DNA from: Candidatus Deferrimicrobiaceae bacterium
GTDB taxonomy: Bacteria > Desulfobacterota > Deferrimicrobia > Deferrimicrobiales > Deferrimicrobiaceae
Length of the DNA: 64,000 bases
NCBI GenBank assembly: GCA_963792415.1
Contig: CAWBVY010000004.1
Span: forward strand, 576,001 to 640,000
Reading direction: 5' to 3'
The notes beneath the pieces are model-generated. The model had not been told where the DNA came from. It searched no databases and worked only from the letters and a program-made list of their open reading frames with translations. Shown here in pieces: positions 57,317 to 64,000 of the stretch; position 1 is the stretch's first letter; every line of letters begins with the position of its first letter. Both the position numbers and the translations under genes were made by a program.

Positions 57317-58904
57317 CTTCGACGTCCGTGTCGATCCGTCCCTGCCGGAACGGTCCCTGCCCGCGCGCATAGCGACGATTATAGGCGTTCCGACCGAGGA
57401 GGTGCACCGGTTTTCCGTCGTCCGGCGCGGGTACGACGCCCGCCGGAAGGGCGACGTGCGCCGCGTCTACACGGTGGAGTGCTCTCTCGGCTCCCCCGCG
57501 GCCGAGGAGGCGGCGTGCTCCCGGGTCCCCGGCGCGAAGCGGTACGAACCGCCCCCGGATCCGTTCCCGGCCTCCCCGGTGCGCCGGCCGGACCTTCCTC
57601 CGGTCGTCGTGGGGGCCGGCCCGGCCGGGCTGTTCGCCGCCCTGACATTGGCGCGGTTCGGCGCCCCCCCCGTCGTGCTGGAGCGCGGCCGGCCGGTGGA
57701 GGAGCGGGCCGGGGACGTCGCCCGGTTCTGGCGCGACGGGACGCTCGACCCGGAGAGCAACGCCCAGTTCGGGGAGGGGGGCGCGGGTACGTTTTCGGAC
57801 GGGAAGCTCACCACCCGGATCGGGGACCCCCTCGTGGACCACGTCGTGTCGACGTTCGCGGAGTTCGCGGGGATCCCGGGACTCGTCAAGGACGCGAAGC
57901 CGCACGTCGGGACCGACCGGCTCCGGCACTTCTGCCGTCGGATGCGCGCGGAACTCGTCTCTCTCGGCGCCACGGTCCGGTTCGGCGCCCGGGTCGAGGA
58001 GTTGTCGGTGTCGGAAGGGGAGGTGCGCGGGGTTCGCCTGGACGGGGGCGAGGAGGTGCGGTCCGCGGTCGTCCTCCTGGCGACGGGCCACTCGGCGCGG
58101 GACACGGTGCGGCGGCTCTTCGCGCAAGGCGTCGGGATGTCGGGGAAGGCGATCGCCGTCGGGTTCCGGGTGGAGCATCCCCAGGCGATGATCGACCGGA
58201 TCCAGTACGGGTCGATGGCGGGGAAAGGCCTTCCCCCCGCTTCCTACCGTCTTGCGGCGCGCGCCCCCTCGGGCCGCGGGGTCTACTCCTTCTGCATGTG
58301 CCCCGGCGGGGAGGTGATGAACGCGGCCTCCGGGGAGGGGCAGTCGCCCGTGAACGGGATGAGCGTCCGCGCCCGCAACTCCGGGTTCGGGAACAGCGGG
58401 ATCGTGGCGTCGATCGCGCCCGCGGAGTTCGGGGCCGCGGGGCCGCGGGAGGGCGGGCCCCTGGCGGGGATCGGTTTCCAGGAGGAGATCGAACGCCGGG
58501 CGTTCGATCGGGGCGGCGGCGGGTACGGCGTGCCGGCCGCGAACCTGCTCGCCTTCGTCCGGGGGAAAGCGCTCCCGCCGTCCCCCGGACGTCTCCTCGC
58601 CCCGCGGGTCGTCCCGGACGACCTGCGCGGCATCCTGCCGGCCGCGGTGGAGGAGGACCTCCGCTTCGGGCTGCTCCGGTTCGGGGGGGCGATGCGGGGG
58701 TTCCTCACCCGCGAAGCGACGCTGTACGCCGTCGAGTCCCGGACCTCCTCCCCCGTCCGGATCGAGCGGGTGAATTACGAGTCGGTGACGCACAAAGGGT
58801 TGTATCCTGTCGGGGAGGGCGCGGGGCATGCCGGCGGGATCGTCTCCTCCGCCGTGGACGGGATCCGCGCCGCCCTCCGCATCCTCGAAACCTATTCCTC
58901 GTAG
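57303..58904 (+). CDS. Uncharacterised FAD-dependent oxidoreductase
   Basis: VGAGPAGLFAA, FGEGGAGTFSDGKL, ATGHSARD, YSFCMCPGG, ESRTSSP, GEGAGHAGGIVSSAVDG; TTG start uncertain. Confidence 0.85.
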   Translation: MTIRIFDVRVDPSLPERSLPARIATIIGVPTEEVHRFSVVRRGYDARRKGDVRRVYTVECSLGSPAAEEAACSRVPGAKRYEPPPDPFPASPVRRPDLPPVVVGAGPAGLFAALTLARFGAPPVVLERGRPVEERAGDVARFWRDGTLDPESNAQFGEGGAGTFSDGKLTTRIGDPLVDHVVSTFAEFAGIPGLVKDAKPHVGTDRLRHFCRRMRAELVSLGATVRFGARVEELSVSEGEVRGVRLDGGEEVRSAVVLLATGHSARDTVRRLFAQGVGMSGKAIAVGFRVEHPQAMIDRIQYGSMAGKGLPPASYRLAARAPSGRGVYSFCMCPGGEVMNAASGEGQSPVNGMSVRARNSGFGNSGIVASIAPAEFGAAGPREGGPLAGIGFQEEIERRAFDRGGGGYGVPAANLLAFVRGKALPPSPGRLLAPRVVPDDLRGILPAAVEEDLRFGLLRFGGAMRGFLTREATLYAVESRTSSPVRIERVNYESVTHKGLYPVGEGAGHAGGIVSSAVDGIRAALRILETYSS

Positions 58905-58913
58905 AAAGCGGGA

Positions 58914-59888
58914 GTGCCGATGCAGAAGACGCGTTTCGTGAAGGATCTCAAGGAGGGGGAGCCGGTCCGCGACCTGTTCCTCGTCGCGAACAAGGCGCTG
59001 CTGACCAGCAACGCCGGGAAGCCGTACCTGACCCTGCAGCTGCGCGACCGGACGGGGCAGATCGAGGCGAGGGTGTGGGACCGCGCCGAGGAGATCGGGA
59101 AGCGGTTCGACCGGGACGACGTGGTCGAGGTGGGCGGAACCGCCATCGCCTACCAGGGGCGCGTCCAGCTGAAGGTCCACGACGTGCGGAAGGAAGAGGG
59201 GGGGACGAAGGACCTTTCCGAGTACCTGCCGGTCACGAAGAAGGGGATCGAGCCGCTCTGGAAGACGCTCCAGGAGTACATCGGCGGTGTTAAGGACAAG
59301 GACCTGGCCCGGCTCCTCGCGGCCGTCTTCCCGGACCCGCCGGAAACGGACGTGGCGCGCCGCTTCCGCCAGGCCCCGGGCGGGAAGACGATGCACCACG
59401 ACTACATCGGGGGGCTGCTGGAGCACACGGTCTCCGTCGCGGCGATCTGCCGCATGCTGTCGGCCCACTACGAAGGGGTGGAAGCCGACCTGCTCCTCGC
59501 CGGGGCGCTGCTGCACGACGTCGGGAAGGTGCACGAGCTTTCCTACGAGGGGGCGTTCGACTACACGGACGAGGGGCGCCTGCTGGGGCACCTCTACATG
59601 GGGGCGGAGTACGTGAGCCGCGTCTGCGCCGCCCTCCCCGGCTTTCCGCCGGAGAAGGCGATGCTGCTGAAGCACATCATCCTGTCCCACCACGGGGAGC
59701 TCGAGTACGGTTCCCCCAAGCGGCCCAAGACGCTGGAGGCGATCCTGCTCCATCACGTTGAGAACATGGACGCCAAGGCGACCGCGTTCGGCGACGCGAT
59801 CGCGGAGCTGCGCGAGGGGGCCCGCTGGACCGACTACCAGAGGATGTTCGAACGGTACCTCTTCTCCGGGAAGTTCCCGAAGGAGTAA
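58914..59888 (+). CDS. YhaM/Cbf-like 3'-5' exoribonuclease (OB + HD)
   Basis: GKPYLTLQLRDRTG, MHHDYIGGLLEH, LLHDVGK, ILSHHG. Confidence 0.88.
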   Translation: MPMQKTRFVKDLKEGEPVRDLFLVANKALLTSNAGKPYLTLQLRDRTGQIEARVWDRAEEIGKRFDRDDVVEVGGTAIAYQGRVQLKVHDVRKEEGGTKDLSEYLPVTKKGIEPLWKTLQEYIGGVKDKDLARLLAAVFPDPPETDVARRFRQAPGGKTMHHDYIGGLLEHTVSVAAICRMLSAHYEGVEADLLLAGALLHDVGKVHELSYEGAFDYTDEGRLLGHLYMGAEYVSRVCAALPGFPPEKAMLLKHIILSHHGELEYGSPKRPKTLEAILLHHVENMDAKATAFGDAIAELREGARWTDYQRMFERYLFSGKFPKE

Positions 59889-59894
59889 CCGCCG

Positions 59895-61040
59895 ATGGAG
59901 GATTGGAAGGCTTTTCTCGAGGAGCGGGAGCGGCGGCAGCTGCTGCGGCGGCTCGTCCCGTCGTCCGGGCGCGCCCCCGCCCTCGCGGTGCGGGACGGCC
60001 GGGAATACGTCGACTTCTCCTCCAACGACTACCTCGGGCTGTCGTCCCACCCCGCGCTGGTCGCGGCGGCCCGGGAGGCGCTCGACCGCTTCGGCGTCGG
60101 GTCCGGGGCGTCCCGCCTGATGAGCGGGGACCTGGCGATCCACCACGAGCTCGAGGACACCGTCGCGGTGTTCAAGGGGTGCGAGGCGGCCCTGGTATTC
60201 AACTCCGGCTACCAGGCGAACACGGGGATCCTCCCCGCCCTGTTCGGGCGCCGGGACGCCGTTTTCGCCGACCAGCTCTGCCATGCCAGCCAGCTGGACG
60301 GCGCGCTCCTGTCGCGCGCCAGGCTCGTGCGCTTCCGGCACAACGACCCGGAGCACCTCGAACGGATGCTCGTGAAGCACCGCGGGGCGTTCGGGAGGGC
60401 ACTGGTGATGACGGAGAGCGTCTTCAGCATGGACGGGGATCTCGCCCCCCTCTCCGCCCTCCTCGCCGCAAGCCGCCGGCACCGTTGCCTCCTGATGGTG
60501 GACGAAGCCCACGCCACGGGCGTGTTCGGCCCGCAGGGGCGCGGGTGCGTCGAGGCTTCGGGGCTCGCCGGGCAGGTGGACCTCGTGATGGGGACGTTCA
60601 GCAAGGCGCTGGGCGGGTTCGGGGCGTATCTCGCGGCGTCGCGGACGGTGATCGACACCCTGGTCAACACGGCCCGCAGCTTCATCTACTCCACCGCGCT
60701 TCCGCCTCCGGTGATCGCCGCCGATCTCGCCGCCCTCCGGCTCTGCCTGGGCGGGGAGACGCGCGGGGAGGAGCTTCTGCGACGGGCCGGCGCGTTCCGG
60801 GGCGCGCTGCGCGGGAAGGGGTGGACCGTCGGCGGGGAGAGCCAGATCGTCCCCGTCGTCGTGGGGGAGAGCGCGCTTGCCGTCTCCCTCTCGAAAACGC
60901 TCGCGGACCAGGGATTCCTCGCGCTGCCGGTGCGCCCGCCCACGGTCCCCGAAGGGTCGGCCCGGCTACGCTTCTCCCTGACCGCCGCGCACACCGATCT
61001 TCAGGTCGCCGCCGTCGTGGAGGCCCTCGGTGCCGCCTGA
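59895..61040 (+). CDS. bioF: 8-amino-7-oxononanoate synthase
   Basis: FSSNDYLGL, FNSGYQAN, FSMDGD, VDEAH, GTFSKALG, RPPTVP. Confidence 0.93.
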   Translation: MEDWKAFLEERERRQLLRRLVPSSGRAPALAVRDGREYVDFSSNDYLGLSSHPALVAAAREALDRFGVGSGASRLMSGDLAIHHELEDTVAVFKGCEAALVFNSGYQANTGILPALFGRRDAVFADQLCHASQLDGALLSRARLVRFRHNDPEHLERMLVKHRGAFGRALVMTESVFSMDGDLAPLSALLAASRRHRCLLMVDEAHATGVFGPQGRGCVEASGLAGQVDLVMGTFSKALGGFGAYLAASRTVIDTLVNTARSFIYSTALPPPVIAADLAALRLCLGGETRGEELLRRAGAFRGALRGKGWTVGGESQIVPVVVGESALAVSLSKTLADQGFLALPVRPPTVPEGSARLRFSLTAAHTDLQVAAVVEALGAA

Positions 61041-61719
61041 GGAGTTCATCGTGGTCGGGGAGGGGGATCCGTCGATGGTCCTGCTGCCGGGGTGGGCGAC
61101 CGACGGGCGGATCTTCGAAGGCGTGCTTCCCGGCGTGATCGCGGTCACGACCGGGCCGCTCCGCCCGGAAGGGCTCGCCGCGCGGCTCGCGGCGTTCCTC
61201 GACCGCGCCGCGCGCGGCCCCGTGACGGTCGTCGGGTGGTCGCTCGGCGGGTTCCTCGCGGCGGAGTTCGCGCGGGAATTCCCGGACCGGGTGCGGCGCG
61301 TCGTCCTCGTCGGGATCCGGCGGGCGTATCCCGAAGGGGAGGTGGCGGCGCTCCTGCGATCGCTCTCGACCGTCCCGGGCGGCACTCTCTCGGGGTTCTA
61401 CGCGCGATGCTTCTACCCGTCGCAGATACCTGCGTATCGCCGGTTCCGTTCCGGGCTGCAGGAGGCGTACCTGCGGGAGATGGACGGCGGCGCGCTCCGC
61501 GAAGGGCTTTCGTACCTGGCGGCGGCGCGGCTTTCCGGCGGGACGCTTCCGGCGTGCCCCGTGGCGGTCGTCCACGGGGAGGACGACGTGATCGCGCCGA
61601 TCGCCGAGGCGGAGGGGGTGGCCCGGGAATGCGGGAACGCGACGTTTCACCCGCTGCCGGGGGCGGCGCACGCCGCCTTCCTCGCGGACGGGTTCCGCGC
61701 GGTGGTCGCCCATGGTTGA
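61030..61719 (+). CDS. Alpha/beta hydrolase, BioH-like pimeloyl-ACP methyl ester esterase
   Basis: LLPGWATD, GWSLGG nucleophile elbow, HGEDD, AHAAF; lies between bioF and bioC. Confidence 0.8.
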   Translation: MPPEEFIVVGEGDPSMVLLPGWATDGRIFEGVLPGVIAVTTGPLRPEGLAARLAAFLDRAARGPVTVVGWSLGGFLAAEFAREFPDRVRRVVLVGIRRAYPEGEVAALLRSLSTVPGGTLSGFYARCFYPSQIPAYRRFRSGLQEAYLREMDGGALREGLSYLAAARLSGGTLPACPVAVVHGEDDVIAPIAEAEGVARECGNATFHPLPGAAHAAFLADGFRAVVAHG

Positions 61720-62686
61720 CCCCGCCGTCCTTCGCCGCTTCTCGGCCTGCGCGGCCCGGTACGAGGCCCACGCGCACGCGCAGAGGCTCTCCGCCGCCGA
61801 TCTGCTGGCGTACACCGAGGCGTCGCTCGGTCTCGCCTCCAGCAGGGGTCGAGTCACAAACGGTATCGAGCCCGCCCCTAACAAGGGGCCAGCGCGACCC
61901 ACGAACGTTTTCGATCCGGCCCCCAAGAGGGGGCGGGTCTCCAAGATACTTGAACCCGCCCCTAACAAGGGGCCAGCGTTCAAAATACTCGAGCCGGCCC
62001 CCAAGAGGGGGCGGGCCTTCAAGATACTCGAGCCAGGCTGCGGGACGGGGCTCTACACGCGGATGCTCCTCGAAGCCTTCCGCGGCGCGTCCGTGTTCGG
62101 GGTGGACATCTCGGAGGCGATGGTGCGCGTCGCGAAGCGGGGGATCGACGACCCGCGGGCCCGCTTCGCCGCGGCCGACGCGGAGGAGATCGCCACGGGG
62201 AGCTACGACCTCGTGACCTCCAACGCCGTCTTCCAATGGTTTCGCTCCCTTCCCCGCACGCTGGCCCGGATGGCGTCCCTTCTCCCCGGCGGCGGCCTGC
62301 TCACCTTCTCCTTCTTCGGCCCCGGGACGTACGCGGAACTGGACGCCGCCTTGCGGGGGTCGGCGCTCCCGAGGGGCGCGCGCGACGGGGAGAGGGTCGC
62401 CGCCGCCGCGTTCCACTCCCGGGAAGAGATCTCCGACGCGCTTTCGGCCGCGTTCCCGCGGTGGGACGTCGTCGAGCGGCGGTACCACCAGGAATTCCCG
62501 ACCCTCGCGGACCTGCTGCGGAGCATCCGGTACACGGGGACGGGCGGGGGCGGGGCGCGGGAGTCGTGGAGCCCGGGGAGGCTCGCGCGGGTCGAGGAGG
62601 CGTACCGGGAGCGGGAGGGCGGGATCCGGACGACGTACCAGGTCTTCCTCTGCCGGGGCGCGATCCCGGAAGGGGGGGGCCGATGA
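61712..62686 (+). CDS. bioC: Malonyl-ACP O-methyltransferase BioC with in-frame repeat insertion
   Basis: RRFS..A..YE.HA..Q, ILEPGCGTG, SNAVFQW, FGPGTYAEL; operon context. Confidence 0.85.
   Translation: MVDPAVLRRFSACAARYEAHAHAQRLSAADLLAYTEASLGLASSRGRVTNGIEPAPNKGPARPTNVFDPAPKRGRVSKILEPAPNKGPAFKILEPAPKRGRAFKILEPGCGTGLYTRMLLEAFRGASVFGVDISEAMVRVAKRGIDDPRARFAAADAEEIATGSYDLVTSNAVFQWFRSLPRTLARMASLLPGGGLLTFSFFGPGTYAELDAALRGSALPRGARDGERVAAAAFHSREEISDALSAAFPRWDVVERRYHQEFPTLADLLRSIRYTGTGGGGARESWSPGRLARVEEAYREREGGIRTTYQVFLCRGAIPEGGGR
61826..62035 (+). repeat. Tandem 39-nt (13-codon) palindromic repeat within bioC
   Basis: Units at 61865, 61910, 61949 and 61988 (degenerate one at 61826), alternating GCCCCTAACAAGGGGC and GCCCCCAAGAGGGGGC. 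Confidence 0.85.
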
Positions 62687-63390
62687 AGGGGGTCTTCGTC
62701 ACCGGCACCGGCACCGGCGTCGGGAAGACGGTGGTGTGCGGCCTGCTGGCCGGCTTCCTCCGGGCGCGGGGGATGCGGGTGACGACGCAGAAGTGGGTCG
62801 AGACGGGGGGGATGGCCGGTCCGTCGGACATCGATGTCCACCGCCGCCTGATGGGGGATCCCGGCCCCGCGCCGGAACCGCCGCCGGCGGACCGGTGCCC
62901 GTACCGGTTCTCCCTCCCCGCCTCCCCGCACCTCGCGGCGGCGCGCGAGGGGCGACGGGTGGACCCGGCCGTCCTCGAGGCGGCGTTCCGCCGTCTCGAG
63001 GGGTCCCACGACGCCGTGCTGGTCGAGGGGGCGGGCGGATTCCTCGTTCCGCTCTCGGAGGAGCTGCTGACCGCCGACCTCGTGGCGCGGATCGGCCTGC
63101 CCGTCCTCGTGGTCGCGGCGAACCGGCTCGGGTGCGTGAACGACGCGCTGCTCACCGTGGAGGCGGTCCGCCGCCGCGGGGTCCCTCTGCTGGGGCTTGT
63201 CTTCAACCGCCTTCCGGCCGAGGAGGGCGGGACGCGGGCGGAGGCGCTCGCCGACAATCCGCGGATCGTGGCGGAGATCTCGCGGGCGCCCGTCCTGGGC
63301 GAGGTTCCCCCGCTGCCCGACCCGGACCGCGGCGCGGCGGCGTTCGCCCCCCTGGGGCGGGCGTTTCTCGAACGGTGGAGGTCGACCTGA
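62683..63390 (+). CDS. bioD: Dethiobiotin synthase
   Basis: VTGTGTGVGKT, PASPHLAA, VEGAGG, LGCVN. Confidence 0.93.
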   Translation: MKGVFVTGTGTGVGKTVVCGLLAGFLRARGMRVTTQKWVETGGMAGPSDIDVHRRLMGDPGPAPEPPPADRCPYRFSLPASPHLAAAREGRRVDPAVLEAAFRRLEGSHDAVLVEGAGGFLVPLSEELLTADLVARIGLPVLVVAANRLGCVNDALLTVEAVRRRGVPLLGLVFNRLPAEEGGTRAEALADNPRIVAEISRAPVLGEVPPLPDPDRGAAAFAPLGRAFLERWRST

Positions 63391-64000
63391 TGGACCGGAA
63401 AAGCTGGATCCTGAAGGACCTGCGGCACAGCTGGCATCCGTACACCCAGATGAGCACCCTTGCGGCGGAACCGCCGGTGCTGATCGACCGCGCGGAGGGT
63501 CTCTTCCTCTTCGACGCGGATGGGAACCGGTACTACGACGCGATCTCGAGCTGGTGGTGCGTCGTCCACGGGCACGGGGACCCGGGAATCCGGGAGGCGG
63601 TGACGCGGCAGATGGAGCGGCTGGACCACGTCCTTTTCGCCGGCGCTACCCACGAGCCCGCGGTGCGCCTGGCCTCGCGGCTCGCCGCCATCGCCCCGGA
63701 GGGCCTTTCCCGCGTCTTCTTCTCGGACAACGGCTCCACGGCCGTGGAGGTGGCGCTCAAGATGTCGCTGCAGTGCCGGCGCAACCTCGGGCGGGAGGAG
63801 CGGACCGGGTTCGTCTGCCTCGATCACGGGTACCACGGGGATACCACCGGGTGCATGAGCGTCAGCGGCGTGGAGGCGTTCCTGCGGGCGTTCCGGCCCA
63901 TCCTCTTCCCCGCCCGCCGGGTTCCCGCGCCGTACTGCTACCGGTGCCCCGTGGGGAAGACCTACCCGGGGTGCGGGGTCGGCTGCGTCGACGCCCTCGG
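63390..64000 (+). CDS. bioA: Adenosylmethionine-8-amino-7-oxononanoate aminotransferase (5' part, runs off the window)
   Basis: MDRKSWILKDLRHSWHPYTQM, YDAISSWW, FFSDNGSTAVEVALKM, GYHGDT. Confidence 0.92.
   Translation, partial: MDRKSWILKDLRHSWHPYTQMSTLAAEPPVLIDRAEGLFLFDADGNRYYDAISSWWCVVHGHGDPGIREAVTRQMERLDHVLFAGATHEPAVRLASRLAAIAPEGLSRVFFSDNGSTAVEVALKMSLQCRRNLGREERTGFVCLDHGYHGDTTGCMSVSGVEAFLRAFRPILFPARRVPAPYCYRCPVGKTYPGCGVGCVDAL

Noticed and set aside
61865-62026. bioC repeat as a CRISPR array
   Set aside because: Units are contiguous, in frame, lack unique spacers, and no cas genes are present.
59895-64000. Absence of bioB from the bio operon as a novelty
   Set aside because: The operon runs off the window, so bioB may follow or lie elsewhere.

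Overview
GC-rich bacterial chromosome segment from an anaerobe or microaerophile of deltaproteobacterial type (a Deferrimicrobiaceae/MBNT15-like lineage is a guess from gene content only). About 70 CDS are supported. I found no rRNA, tRNA, CRISPR array, transposase or prophage. Blocks in order: (1) 0.2-6.4 kb, deoxyhypusine-synthase-like gene, DEDDh exonuclease, two rubredoxin-type genes, flavodiiron protein, cobO and an NAD(P)/FAD reductase; (2) 6.5-27.4 kb, a large phosphate/polyphosphate locus with ppx, two tandem thymidylate-kinase-like genes, CHAD, ppk2, an orphan parA + poly-lysine protein + sixA operon, pstSCAB-phoU, phoBR led by a lipid-kinase/ArsC fusion, glpQ and DUF47-pit; (3) GH57, a frameshifted fadL, a ferritin-like gene, an unannotated two-UGA selenoprotein, lemA-htpX, U32 and an EF-G paralog; (4) acyl-CoA genes, murJ and aconitase; (5) a 1-kb regulatory region with a structured leader before a multiply frameshifted decaheme OmcA/MtrC-type gene; (6) lnt, cspA, gap-tpiA-secG, yhaM and bioFHCDA. 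The best candidates for new biology are a putative ParA-based polyphosphate-granule positioning module and a bacterial heteromeric PPK3-like kinase pair. Other highlights are the two-Sec protein with a hairpin after each UGA, the DAGK-ArsC fusion, a modular GTAG-type REP family and a palindromic tandem repeat inside bioC. All family calls come from motif recognition by eye; no database searches were run.
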